A program made the position numbers and the translations under genes. From a virus (Duplodnaviria > Caudoviricetes), in IMG/VR virus record IMGVR_UViG_3300048577_000065, positions 1 through 47,830 of that record: a stretch of 47,830 nt of DNA, one strand, 5' to 3'. The notes beneath the pieces are model-generated. The model was not told the origin of the DNA, searched no databases, and saw only the letters and a list, made by a program, of their open reading frames with translations. How positions within the stretch are numbered: position 1 is the first letter of the stretch; the number at the start of each line of letters is the position of its first letter. Positions 35,800-44,969 of this stretch are shown in pieces.

Positions 35800-36404
35800 C
35801 ACGGCACGTCGCCGAACGCGGCGTCGTGGAGGTTCTGCTCGCGAATCCGGGCGAGTTCGACCAGGCGCGCGAAGTAGCGCGCCTCGGCCTCGGCCGGCTT
35901 CCAGCCACAGATCGTGACCGGCAGAGGGGTGAGGGTGTCCTCCATCCATACGTCCGCCGTGGGGCGCATCAGCGCTGCCCGCTCGGTCAGGATGATCCGG
36001 TTGTCGGCTTCCTTCACCTCGTCGGGCATCCGCCACGGCACGTCCGGCCTCCACTCCAGACCGAACCGGAGCGCGATCACGAGCAGAACCCCGTCCTCGG
36101 CGTCCACGTAGGCGGGCATCATCCGCTTCAGCGGCCGGACCATATCGCCGACGTACGCCTCGGCGGCGTCGTGGAGCAGCGCCCACAGCGCGTTCTCGGG
36201 GCTGACGGCGTGGCTGAGCAGGACGCAATGCTCGGCGACCGAGTAGAACCGGGTGACGTGGCCGCCGTAGCGGCAGACGAGCGAGAGCGCGTGGGCGATG
36301 TCCACGGGATCGACCTCGAGCGGTGACGGGTCGAGCGGGTAGAACCGGCCCCCGGTGTAGGTCTGCATCCATTGGCCGCGGTTGGGCCGTGCGGAGGTGG
36401 TCAC
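35796..36404 (-). CDS. HD-domain phosphohydrolase (YfbR/YfdR-like)
   Basis: DIAHALS..CRYGGH...YSVAEH...ALLHDAAEAYVGD...VKEAD. Confidence 0.88.
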   Translation of the reverse strand: MTTSARPNRGQWMQTYTGGRFYPLDPSPLEVDPVDIAHALSLVCRYGGHVTRFYSVAEHCVLLSHAVSPENALWALLHDAAEAYVGDMVRPLKRMMPAYVDAEDGVLLVIALRFGLEWRPDVPWRMPDEVKEADNRIILTERAALMRPTADVWMEDTLTPLPVTICGWKPAEAEARYFARLVELARIREQNLHDAAFGDVPW

Positions 36405-37255
36405 GAGTCGCTCCCGTCCGGGATGAGGCGCCCGTCGTTGGCGGCGTCGGCCTGGGCCTGCAGCGCTCCGAGGGTGTCGGACGGGAAGATCGACGCGGGG
36501 TCGAGGCCGTCGGACTTGATCGAGCGCCAGTCGACGCGCAGCTTCGCGAGGTCGTCGTCCGACCAGCGGGCGCGCGGCTTGCCGACGCGGCCCTCGAGTT
36601 GGGTCTCGGTGATCTGCCACTCTCGCGCGAACGCGTCGACCATCTTCCCCACCCGATCGGCCAGCGGGATCTCCGCGTTCGCGCCCCGCAGTGTCTCGAG
36701 GCAGAGGTCGGCCGCGAGCGCGACCAGACCGTCGGGCAGGGCGGCCAGGATGCACTCCCGGACGGCCCGAGCGCCGATGTTCTGGTTGTTGTTGTAGATG
36801 TCGCCGAGGTTGGTCAGGCGTTGGCGGCTGCCGCCGGCCATGCGGGCGTGCGGCACCTGGAACGATCTGCGGATCCGTACGTTGCGCTCCTGCTCCCACG
36901 CGAACGCTTCGATCTCGGACTCGCCGGCGTCGTCGTCGCGGCGGAGCTCGCGGACGCCGTAGTCGATGTTCCCGAAGATGCGAGCAAGTTCGCGCGCCAA
37001 GTGGATCGACGGCTTCTGGTCGCCCCGGTTCGGGACGGAGTAGAAGGCGCGGTCGGCGACGAACGGCAGCGCGCACGCGGCCCGCACCTCGGCCTCGACG
37101 CGGGCCAGGTCGCGCGGGCAGTTCTGCGCGACCACGATCGCGGACTGGACCTCCGCGACAGCACGGGACTGCTCGACAGCGGTCTGCTGGGTGACCTTCA
37201 CCGCTCCGGGCGCGACCGGCCCGCCCTGGGCACGGTCGATGGCGGTTCTGCTCAT
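36401..37255 (-). CDS. Putative single-strand annealing recombinase
   Basis: Coupled to the RecE-like gene; AEVQ..I.VAQ..PRD...FYS...PSI.LA.ELAR..GN pattern. Confidence 0.6.
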   Translation of the reverse strand: MSRTAIDRAQGGPVAPGAVKVTQQTAVEQSRAVAEVQSAIVVAQNCPRDLARVEAEVRAACALPFVADRAFYSVPNRGDQKPSIHLARELARIFGNIDYGVRELRRDDDAGESEIEAFAWEQERNVRIRRSFQVPHARMAGGSRQRLTNLGDIYNNNQNIGARAVRECILAALPDGLVALAADLCLETLRGANAEIPLADRVGKMVDAFAREWQITETQLEGRVGKPRARWSDDDLAKLRVDWRSIKSDGLDPASIFPSDTLGALQAQADAANDGRLIPDGSDS

Positions 37256-38340
37256 TGGTTCTCTCCTTCGTCGGCGCCGGTCAGGGCGTCCTCTTCGTCG
37301 CGGGCGATCCAGCCCGGGATGGTGATGCGGTTGATCCGCTGGGGGTAGCCGGGCCACCGTCCGGTGGCGAGGCAGTCGGCGAACCGGGCGAGCGCGGCCT
37401 CGTTGAGCGCGCGGGCTCGGCGCAGGTCGCCGGTGTCGATTTCGTGGACGGCCACGAGGTAGGGCGGGGTCGTCTCGACGGCGGCGAAGATCACCGTCAC
37501 GTCCCGGGCGATCCCGAGCAGGCGGGCCTGCCAGCCGTACCAGTCGGCCTGGCGGTGATAGCCGAACTTGCCGGCCGACCGGGAGAACTCGGACGCGTCC
37601 GCGCACTGGGTGGTCTTGACGTCGGTGATGATCAGCCGCCCGTCCCGAGCCGGGGTGAGCACGTCCACCTTTCCGCGCATCCACACCCGGGTGGCGGGGT
37701 GCTTCACGAACATGGCCTGCTCGGGTGTTCCGGTCAGGCCGAGGCTCGCGATCGGGTGCTCGCGGAGCGCCCGGGCCATCGCGGTCGCGGCGGGCACGTC
37801 GCGCGCGAGGATGGGCACCTCGTCGCCGTGGTCGGGGTGCTCGGCCAGGAACTGCTCGCCGGCCTTGCTGTTCCACGACGCCCCGTCGAACACCACCAGC
37901 TGACCGGTCCCGAGCGTGACGGCGTGGACCGCCTTGCCGAAGATCATGGCCGCGCTGCGGCCCGCGTCCGGGTGGTCCATCGCGTACCGGTAGTGCGCCG
38001 GCGTCGAGGGTGCGAGCAGCAACCGCGCCGAGGTCGCCGACAGCGACTCGGAGCCGTACGCGCGCAGCGGGTCGGCGTGATACACCGAGTCGGGCAGGTC
38101 GTAGACGCCCGGCGCGGGCTCAGTCGCCCCAATAGCAGGTGCAGCGACCGCCGTCGTGGTGGCGGTCGCACCGGTAGGGTCCGGGCGGCTCGCTGCGTCC
38201 CGCTCCAGAACGGCCTGCCGATCCTTCATCTGCTCGATCGCTGCGCGCTCGCCACAGATCACGCACCGCGGGCTGCCGTCCGGGTTGGTGCCCTGGGCGA
38301 AGTGACCGCAGCCGAGCAGGACCGGTCCCGGCTTGCTCAT
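37252..38340 (-). CDS. RecE/exonuclease VIII-like PD-(D/E)xK nuclease (DUF3799-like)
   Basis: YHAD...LSAT...FGKAVH...PEQ...RGKVD...DVKT...YHRQADWY. Confidence 0.85.
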   Translation of the reverse strand: MSKPGPVLLGCGHFAQGTNPDGSPRCVICGERAAIEQMKDRQAVLERDAASRPDPTGATATTTAVAAPAIGATEPAPGVYDLPDSVYHADPLRAYGSESLSATSARLLLAPSTPAHYRYAMDHPDAGRSAAMIFGKAVHAVTLGTGQLVVFDGASWNSKAGEQFLAEHPDHGDEVPILARDVPAATAMARALREHPIASLGLTGTPEQAMFVKHPATRVWMRGKVDVLTPARDGRLIITDVKTTQCADASEFSRSAGKFGYHRQADWYGWQARLLGIARDVTVIFAAVETTPPYLVAVHEIDTGDLRRARALNEAALARFADCLATGRWPGYPQRINRITIPGWIARDEEDALTGADEGENQ

Positions 38341-39515
38341 CGCGCACCGCCTTCGGCCTCGCGCCACTCTCGCTGCTCGGCGGTGACCCACATCCGCTCG
38401 ATCCGGTCACCTGGCCGTGCCGACTGGCGTACCTCCTGCTCGTCGCTGGATTCGCGCCAGACGGCGCCGGTCGAATCGACCGCACGCCACCAGCGTCCGC
38501 GCACCCACTGGAATGCCTGCGCCCGAACTTTGGCGGTGTAGGTCGCCAGCCACTCGGTGCCGTCCGGGTGGTCCTCCGCGAGGTTCACCAGATGCCATGG
38601 TCCATGCTCCGCGTCGTGCTCGGCAGTCCATCCGCGCTGCTCGTGGGTCAACCGCTCGTAGGCGATGTCCCGGATCGCCGCGCTCAGCCCGTCCGCCTTG
38701 CCCTGATTGCCGACCACCTCGGCCACGGTGGGCTGGTCGGCAATCAGGGCACGGATGGCGTCGGCGGCGGCGTAGAACGCCTCGAAGTCGGACAGGCTCG
38801 GAATCCACGCAGGATGGCGCGGAGTCTCGGCCCGCTCGCGCAGGGCGCCCTCAATCGCCCGCACCACGTCCTCCCGGCTCGGCTGCACCCGCTGGGGCTC
38901 ACTGTGCGGCTCACTCAATGCAGAGACAGGCTCAGTGACCCGCTGGGGCTCGGCCATATAGGTGTCCGCCTCGCGAGAGTGCTCGATAGGTGCGTCCGGG
39001 GAAGCCGTGCGCCAGTCAGGCCACTCACGGGCCTCGTTGCGGGCCTGCTTGGCCTTGATCGCGTCGATGATGGTCTGCGGCTCGTGGCCCGCCCGCCAAG
39101 CGCCGTCGAGCGCGAGGATCACCACGTCCGCCCACTCGGTGACATCGCTAGGTGCTGCTTCCACCTCTTCCAGTTCCTTGCGGATGTGGGCTACAACCCC
39201 TGCGGCGCGAGGTCCAGGGCCGAAGGTGCGGCGGCTCCATTCACGCTGGCGGACGAGATGGTCGGCGTCAATGACGGGCTGGGGCTCGGCCGGGACGCCG
39301 GGACGGTAGGACGCCATCAGGGCGTCGAACTCAGCCCACCGCCACGACGGGAGCCAGCCGTGGGCATCGTCCTCGCCGGCGAGGATCGCAGCGAGTGTGC
39401 GGCCGGCGCTGATCTGGCCCGAGAGGTAGTCGTCGTCGTCCGCGTGGTCGTATTCGGCACGGGCGTCAGCCAGGAACCGGACCAGCTCGGCGGCTGTGGT
39501 GATGGTGGTGGTCAT
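38337..39515 (-). CDS. Multidomain protein with DUF550 (MazG-like dNTP pyrophosphohydrolase) domain
   Basis: QREWSRRTFGPG...HIRKELEE...EWADVVILALDGAWR...KQARNEAREWPDWR. Confidence 0.8.
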   Translation of the reverse strand: MTTTITTAAELVRFLADARAEYDHADDDDYLSGQISAGRTLAAILAGEDDAHGWLPSWRWAEFDALMASYRPGVPAEPQPVIDADHLVRQREWSRRTFGPGPRAAGVVAHIRKELEEVEAAPSDVTEWADVVILALDGAWRAGHEPQTIIDAIKAKQARNEAREWPDWRTASPDAPIEHSREADTYMAEPQRVTEPVSALSEPHSEPQRVQPSREDVVRAIEGALRERAETPRHPAWIPSLSDFEAFYAAADAIRALIADQPTVAEVVGNQGKADGLSAAIRDIAYERLTHEQRGWTAEHDAEHGPWHLVNLAEDHPDGTEWLATYTAKVRAQAFQWVRGRWWRAVDSTGAVWRESSDEQEVRQSARPGDRIERMWVTAEQREWREAEGGAR

Positions 39516-39769
39516 CAGATCTCCTTGTAGGCAGCCTTCATGGCGGCAGCAACGGCTTCGCGTGCGGCCTTGATCAAGGCCTGCGTCTCCGGTGACCAGC
39601 GCTGGAGGTAGATCGTGCGAAGGTCGAGGTGGGTGTCGTAGAGGAGGTATGCGTCCACGTGCCGGTTCAGGTTGCGGACGACACTCTTGCCCCACGTTCC
39701 CAGCGCCCTTTCGGCGTCGGCGATCAGCTCGGCCTTCACAGCCTCCCGACGGCGGGTGGTGCTGGTCAT
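39515..39769 (-). CDS. Hypothetical protein (84 aa)
   Basis: Start/stop overlaps on both sides. Confidence 0.6.
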   Translation of the reverse strand: MTSTTRRREAVKAELIADAERALGTWGKSVVRNLNRHVDAYLLYDTHLDLRTIYLQRWSPETQALIKAAREAVAAAMKAAYKEI

Positions 39770-39945
39770 CGTCCGACTCCTGCCATCGCCGCGCTGAGCA
39801 ACGCGAAACCACCGATGGCCAGCCCGATGCTCGCCCCGAGCACGATCACGACGAGCACTGCCCGGAAGACCCCGACCAGCGGCGCCTCGCCTTGCGGCAC
39901 CTCTCGCAGCTCGCGGTGCTCATGCTTCCTGCCGCCGGCGCTCAT
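39766..39945 (-). CDS. 59-aa single-TM membrane protein
   Basis: MSAGGRKHEH...VLVVIVLGASIGLAIGGFALL; ATGA overlaps. Confidence 0.55.
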   Translation of the reverse strand: MSAGGRKHEHRELREVPQGEAPLVGVFRAVLVVIVLGASIGLAIGGFALLSAAMAGVGR

Positions 39946-41165
39946 CGGTCCACCACTTCCCCATCGCTGATGACGATCGCGGTCGGGTCGTCGGGGTTCT
40001 CCCCGACCACCTCGATCCAGATCTGGATGTCGTGCTCCTCGGCGGCAGCCCGGATCTCGGCCATCGAGTCGGAGTCGAGCAGCGAGCCGTCCATGATCCG
40101 GATCACCCGCAGCGTCGGGTTCATGGCGATCGCCATCGCGAGTGAGACTCGGATCTGCTCGGCGCTGGACGCCTGACTGAACGGCACCCCGCCGAAGGTC
40201 ACCCCGTCGGCGTCGAAGCCGAGCCCAGGGACGGGCATCACGGCCGCGGCAATCGCGGCGGCCTTCGTCTGCTCGATCCCGTCGATCTTGCGCGAGAGCG
40301 CCGTGTACTCATCCTGCAGCCGCTTCTGCTGCTCGCGGGACTCGACGATGCGACGGTTCTCCCGTGCGACCTTGTTGCGGTCCTCGATCCCGGCCAGCTT
40401 CTCCTGCAGGGCCGCGATGTCTTCCGGCTCGGGCAGTGCTCCGAGCTCGTCGTCGTTCGCGCCCATCGTCTGCACAAGCTGCTCGCGGACCTCGCCGAGC
40501 CGAGCGATCTCCCGGTCGATGTCCTCGATCTGGGAGACCGCCCGCTTGTTCGCCGCGCGCAGCTCGTCGATCGCTCGCTGCTGCCGGGTCGCGGTGTTGA
40601 TCCGGTCGACGATCTCGGACGCCGACACCTCGGTCAGCGGCGCACCCTTCGGCAGCTTCGGCAGATCACCGAACGCGTGAGCCTTCCGGCCCGTGTCGAG
40701 CCGCAGGTCGTACAGCCGCTTCGACTCGGTATCCGCCGCCGTGAAGTCCAGCCCGAGCAGGTCGAGCAGGGTCCGGCGCTGGTCGGCCGGCTTCTGCCTG
40801 GTGAACTCCAGCGGGTCGAACGTGAGTGCGCCGAGGAGGCTGTCGAGCAGCGTCTGCGGCGACTTGTAGGTGGCGCCGTCGGGCGCCTTCACGGTGAGCG
40901 TCGTCTTGCCGTGCTCGTCCCAAGTGCGGGTGACGAGGATCGTTCCGAGGTCGAGCTTGACCTCTGCCCATTCCTCACCGGCCCGGACTGGCTTGGCGAT
41001 CTCTCGGGACGCAGCACCTCCGGCGAGCGCAAGGTAGAGCGAGTTCAGCAGCGACGACTTCCCGGCGCCGTTCTTCCCGGCGACGATCTGGACGGTGCCC
41101 TGCGGCTCGACCTCGACGGCCTTGAGCCGGAGCACGTTGGATGCGCTGAGGCGGATGATCTTCAT
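39942..41165 (-). CDS. SMC/Rad50-like ATPase
   Basis: GKNGAGKSS Walker A, coiled coil, SQASSAEQ signature, IMDGSLLD Walker B. Confidence 0.85.
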   Translation of the reverse strand: MKIIRLSASNVLRLKAVEVEPQGTVQIVAGKNGAGKSSLLNSLYLALAGGAASREIAKPVRAGEEWAEVKLDLGTILVTRTWDEHGKTTLTVKAPDGATYKSPQTLLDSLLGALTFDPLEFTRQKPADQRRTLLDLLGLDFTAADTESKRLYDLRLDTGRKAHAFGDLPKLPKGAPLTEVSASEIVDRINTATRQQRAIDELRAANKRAVSQIEDIDREIARLGEVREQLVQTMGANDDELGALPEPEDIAALQEKLAGIEDRNKVARENRRIVESREQQKRLQDEYTALSRKIDGIEQTKAAAIAAAVMPVPGLGFDADGVTFGGVPFSQASSAEQIRVSLAMAIAMNPTLRVIRIMDGSLLDSDSMAEIRAAAEEHDIQIWIEVVGENPDDPTAIVISDGEVVDR

Positions 41166-41566
41166 GCCAGTCCCTCGCGCGTCTTCCATGCGACGGCGTG
41201 CTCTTCGAGGATGAGCACCTTGTCGTCGGTCGTTGAGGCGAACCCCACCGACCTGCCGCCCCACCCCGCATGGTCAGCGAACAGCACGATGATCTGGGTG
41301 CCGGGCAGCTTCTCCCACCTGGAGACGCCGGCGGTCTCGAGGATGCGGATGATGTGGTCGAGCCCGTACGCGGTACCGACCCGCTCCCCCTTGTCGTTCA
41401 TGTCGAGGCAGTAGCCGCCGACACCGACGCCGCCGGTGGGGAACAGCACGTCGAGGTTGACGGTCAGGATGCCGTGGTCTTCGTAGCCGGGCGAGGTGGA
41501 TCGGATGGTGCCGATCTGGCCTTCGTAGGTCTTGCCGTTGTGCTCAACGGTGATGGTCTTGCTCAT
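41162..41566 (-). CDS. Phage hypothetical protein (134 aa)
   Basis: GYEDHGILT...GGYCLD...ILETAGVSRWEKLPG. Confidence 0.7.
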   Translation of the reverse strand: MSKTITVEHNGKTYEGQIGTIRSTSPGYEDHGILTVNLDVLFPTGGVGVGGYCLDMNDKGERVGTAYGLDHIIRILETAGVSRWEKLPGTQIIVLFADHAGWGGRSVGFASTTDDKVLILEEHAVAWKTREGLA

Positions 41567-41649
41567 GGTTCTGGTCTCTCTGGTCTCTGGGGTGTGCGAG
41601 AGCCCCAGCCCGGCGGGGTCGAGTCGCCGGACTGGGGCCGCTGGTGGGG

Positions 41650-42450
41650 TCAGTCCTGGTGGCGGCCGGACAGGATGGTCGTGACCGTCATCGAGTCGAT
41701 CGTCGAGACGACATCGCCGAACGCGGTCTCGATGATCCGGTCGAGCTCGGGCAGCTTGAAGCCGATCGACAGGATGCCCTGGTTGATCCGGTAGCGCAGG
41801 TTCGCGACGACCCGGAACGGATCGCTGCCGGTGAAGGGTCGCAGGGCGAGGGTGAACCTCGACGGGATCTCGAGCTTCCCCTTCCGGCCCGCTTTGGCGT
41901 CCACTTCCTCGACCCACTGGAAGGCGCGGGCGCCGTTGTCGAGCCAGTCGGCCGACTGCCACTGGGCCTTCGTGCTGCCCTGGATCGACTGGACGATCTC
42001 CAGCAGTAGCGATCCGTCCGGGTCGGCGATGCTGGACAGGTTGTCCTCGATGAAGTCGGCGAACGCCAGCTGGTCTATCAGGTGCCCGGACAGCTTGGTC
42101 CACGCCTTCCACTCGGCCGAGTGCTCCAGCTGGAGGACGACGACGTCACCACGCCAGCCGTCGTGCCCGTCGAGGACGCCGGTGACGGTTCGAGAGTCCA
42201 CGTCGGACCACATCTCGAAGCCGGGCAGGCTCTCGGCGTTGCGGGCTTCGAGGTAGCCGAGGAAGCTCGCGGCGTCGCGGACGATTGCGCGCCGTGTCAC
42301 TCGGCGCGGCTTCTCGCCGTAGCTGTCGGTGTCCACGATCTCGACGTCCGCGTCGCGGAGCATCGCGTAGATGGTGCCCGCGTCGAGCGGCTTGGGGTCG
42401 GCCGCCTCCTGGGCGGTCGTGATGATCTCGGTGTAGTCGGTCATGGTCAC
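41650..42450 (-). CDS. DUF2303 (YfdQ-like) protein
   Basis: DAASFLGY...SAEWKAW...QLAFADFIEDN...IPSRF.L...PF...LRYRI. Confidence 0.8.
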   Translation of the reverse strand: MTMTDYTEIITTAQEAADPKPLDAGTIYAMLRDADVEIVDTDSYGEKPRRVTRRAIVRDAASFLGYLEARNAESLPGFEMWSDVDSRTVTGVLDGHDGWRGDVVVLQLEHSAEWKAWTKLSGHLIDQLAFADFIEDNLSSIADPDGSLLLEIVQSIQGSTKAQWQSADWLDNGARAFQWVEEVDAKAGRKGKLEIPSRFTLALRPFTGSDPFRVVANLRYRINQGILSIGFKLPELDRIIETAFGDVVSTIDSMTVTTILSGRHQD

Positions 42451-42851
42451 TGGGCCTCTCGGAGCGTGGTGGGTGCGGGTTCGGCGGACACATCGCGGAG
42501 TCCGGTGAGTTCGGGCTGACGGGGGTCATTGCGGGCGAGATTGCCGTTGCCGTCGACGTACGCCACCGAGGCGTCGCGGTTGAACTCGGGCAGCCGGAGC
42601 TTGATCTCGTCGTTGATCACGAGCGGCCCCTTACCGTCGGTCTTCGGCATTGGCTCGATCGTGAAGGTGAGTTGCACCGAGCCCTTCTTGCCGGTCTCGC
42701 GGACGCGCTGGGTGAGGTCCCAGACGGCTTCGGACATCTCGTCGTGCGTCTTGCCGTGGGCGAGTTCACGGAGCCAGTCCGCGAACGGTCGGATGGGCGG
42801 GTCTTCGACCACCTCGCCCGTGAGTTCGTTGGTGAAGCGTCGGTCGGTCAC
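42447..42851 (-). CDS. YfdP-like partner of DUF2303
   Basis: PFADWLREL..G..HDE.S...VRETGKKGS...GNLARNDPRQ; AAGGAGG RBS. Confidence 0.75.
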   Translation of the reverse strand: MTDRRFTNELTGEVVEDPPIRPFADWLRELAHGKTHDEMSEAVWDLTQRVRETGKKGSVQLTFTIEPMPKTDGKGPLVINDEIKLRLPEFNRDASVAYVDGNGNLARNDPRQPELTGLRDVSAEPAPTTLREAQ

Positions 42852-42985
42852 TGGTCTCCTCCTTGGTTGTTGTGGCGACTGCGGAACTCGTGGCCTGCTG
42901 CCGCGAACGCGAGCAGCAGGAGGGCGGGCAGCACGAGCACGCCGCCCGCATTGGTGAAGCTGGGTAGGTCGAGGTGCAGCAGCAC
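42848..42985 (-). CDS. 45-aa hydrophobic peptide (missed by the ORF track)
   Basis: MLLHLDLPSFTNAGGVLVLPALLLLAFAAAGHEFRSRHNNQGGDQ; AAGGAG RBS; GTGA overlap. Confidence 0.55.
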   Translation of the reverse strand: MLLHLDLPSFTNAGGVLVLPALLLLAFAAAGHEFRSRHNNQGGDQ

Positions 42986-43006
42986 GGCGGTCTCCTTCCG
43001 GGGTTG

Positions 43007-43228
43007 TGGGCGCGCGGCAACCACGCGACTGGTGGTCTGTCGCTCGCAGGTAGCGAGCCGTCCGGACCCTGCCGCGCGCCCAGGTCGTGGGTGGGGTGAT
43101 GGGGAGCGCCGTCGGGACGCCTGCTGCGTCTCTCACCGGACCGGATCACACGGTGCACGCTCCGGCGCTCCCCACGAATGGCAGCGGCCCCAAAGGACAC
43201 CCCTCCGGTGTCGCCCTCTGGGGCCGCT
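43007..43228. ncRNA. Candidate structured RNA: two three-way junctions of about 75 nt plus a long hairpin
   Basis: Perfect closing stems 43007-43019/43070-43082 (13 bp), 43100-43111/43163-43174 (12 bp), 43183-43192/43219-43228 (10 bp). Confidence 0.45.
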
Positions 43229-43393
43229 CTTCGTCCCGCCGCTTTCCCCCGTCGGCAGGACGGTGACCGGGCTCAGCCCGGCCGTCTCATCAAGTCCTCG
43301 ATCTGGCGGCGCGCGCGATCGTTGTCGGACGCCGCCTTCGCCTGGGCCCGACGCGCGGCCCGGGCATCGGCCTCGGCAGCGAACCGCACGCGG

Positions 43394-43684
43394 TCACGCT
43401 GCACGCGGGGGGGGGGTCTCGTCCTTGGCGGAATGGCCCCGACCGGGGCGGCGCGACGACGCCCGCCACACCACCAGACCGGAGATCCGCCGGACCTTCG
43501 CGGCGAAGGTCTTCCACGCATTGCCGCTCGGTGTGGTGCCGAACGTGACCGTCTGGCCCGTCGGGATGTGCCTCAGCGTGCCGTGCGTGGTGCCGGACAT
43601 GCCGAGGTACTCCCACTCCGGCGACTCGAGCGTCCGCTCCACCACCTGCCGCATGCGCTCGTCCTGAATGCCCCGGATCTTCAT
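43394..43684 (-). CDS. HicA-like protein, apparently truncated at a homopolymer (would extend to 43273)
   Basis: WEYLGMSGTTHGTLRHIPTGQTVTFGTTPS; G10 tract at 43407-43416. Confidence 0.6.
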   Translation of the reverse strand: MKIRGIQDERMRQVVERTLESPEWEYLGMSGTTHGTLRHIPTGQTVTFGTTPSGNAWKTFAAKVRRISGLVVWRASSRRPGRGHSAKDETPPPRAA

Positions 43685-43965
43685 GCCGCCCTCCGTATCT
43701 CGGCACGCAGCGCGCGTTCGGTGGCCTCTTCGCCGGTGGGGTCGGCGTAGGCGAGTGCGTAGCCGCCGAAGTCGAGGTCGGTCTGTGCCGACTCCCAGCG
43801 GGTGTACAGCCGACGCAACCCGCGCAGCCCCATCCGCTTCCCCGCCCGGGCGAGTTCGGCCCGCACGGACAGCAGGTAGGCGTCTACTTCGCTACTCGCG
43901 GTGTTGGTGTCCCGGTCCGCGGCCCGGTCGTCGGCGGTGCGCCCCGGAGGGCCCGACCGGCTCAC
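43681..43965 (-). CDS. Hypothetical protein (94 aa)
   Basis: Coupled on both sides; YADPTGE.A motif. Confidence 0.65.
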   Translation of the reverse strand: MSRSGPPGRTADDRAADRDTNTASSEVDAYLLSVRAELARAGKRMGLRGLRRLYTRWESAQTDLDFGGYALAYADPTGEEATERALRAEIRRAA

Positions 43966-44192
43966 GAGGTCACCCGCAGGAGAGTCTCGAGCGCCGTGAT
44001 CAGGTCGCGTATCTCCCGCTCGGGCTCGTGGCCGACGAACGCCACGAAGCGGGGCTCCTCGGCCCAGACCTTGTTCTGGACGCGGATCACGTGCTGCTCG
44101 AAGTTGAGGTCATAGACCACCTCGGCGTGGTCACCCGTGTCGATGCGTTCGACGGCAGCGTCCGCGGTGCTGATGCGAGGCAGGCGGGTCAT
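43962..44192 (-). CDS. Hypothetical protein (76 aa)
   Basis: Coupled on both sides. Confidence 0.65.
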   Translation of the reverse strand: MTRLPRISTADAAVERIDTGDHAEVVYDLNFEQHVIRVQNKVWAEEPRFVAFVGHEPEREIRDLITALETLLRVTS

Positions 44193-44377
44193 GCTCCGGC
44201 TCCGATCCAGTGGGTGAGCGCGGCGTGGGTGATCAGGACCGTGGTGATCTTCCTGTCGCCGACGGCGGGGCGGACGGTCGGGAGGTTGCCCTCCCGGATC
44301 GCCCGGTCAATCACGTCGGTCGACAGGCCGGTCGCCTCGGCGGCCTGCTTGCGGGTGTAGGAGATTCGCTCGGCCAT
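44189..44377 (-). CDS. Excisionase-like HTH protein
   Basis: MAERISYTRKQAAEATGLSTDVIDRAIREGNL...ALTHWI. Confidence 0.8.
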   Translation of the reverse strand: MAERISYTRKQAAEATGLSTDVIDRAIREGNLPTVRPAVGDRKITTVLITHAALTHWIGAGA

Positions 44378-44673
44378 CACGCCACCGCCTTCGCAGTTCC
44401 GCGCCACACCCTCGTGACACCGCCGTTGCGGCTCGGCTTGGCCGAGGCGCGGTAGCCGACGGTGGTGATGAGCCCTTCGCGCTTCAGCGCCGAGAACAGC
44501 GAGCCCCAGCGGCTCGGGTTGTCGGGGTCCGGCACGCCGAGTTCGGTGAGGTCGTCGGCCGTGAAGTCCTGGCCCCGGCGGGCGAGTTCCCGCGCGCCGC
44601 GCGTCGCGCAGTCGAGCCACGGCTCGTCGGCGTGCGTCAGGAGGTCGCCGGCGTACGGGTCGGCGGTGGTCAT
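44377..44673 (-). CDS. Winged-helix-like hypothetical protein
   Basis: FTADDL...P...WGSLF...EGLI..VGY..S..PSR.G....W. Confidence 0.65.
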   Translation of the reverse strand: MTTADPYAGDLLTHADEPWLDCATRGARELARRGQDFTADDLTELGVPDPDNPSRWGSLFSALKREGLITTVGYRASAKPSRNGGVTRVWRGTAKAVA

Positions 44674-44963
44674 GCGACACGCCCGTGCGGTTCGTAGGCG
44701 GTGGTGAGGGAGCCCTCCGGGATGCCGTAGGCCATCTCTAGCGCGCGCAACATGAGGGGCGACGCCCCTCGTCCACCGCCTTCGATGGCGGAGAGCGTTC
44801 CCCTGCTGAGGTTCATCTCGGGGAAGTGCGTCGCGACGCGCTCGGCCACGTCTTCGAGCGTGAGGCCGGCGACGGAGCGGAGGACTCGAAGCGAGACGTG
44901 AGGCGGGGTCTTGCCCTCGCGGGGCGGCTTGTACTGCCGCATCTGGCCAAGGCTTGCTGTCAT
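44670..44963 (-). CDS. Cro-like XRE HTH regulator
   Basis: LRVLRSVAGLTLEDVAERV...SRGTLSAIEGG; divergent from the repressor. Confidence 0.8.
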   Translation of the reverse strand: MTASLGQMRQYKPPREGKTPPHVSLRVLRSVAGLTLEDVAERVATHFPEMNLSRGTLSAIEGGGRGASPLMLRALEMAYGIPEGSLTTAYEPHGRVA

Positions 44964-44969
44964 GGCTTC

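Noticed and set aside
35796-39515. Diaminopurine (Z-genome) pathway
   Set aside because: No PurZ-like synthetase or dedicated DNA polymerase is recognisable in the window
43007-43174. Hammerhead ribozyme or tRNA identity for the three-way junctions
   Set aside because: No CUGANGA/GAAA core and no TTCGA T-loop; kept only as an unclassified structure
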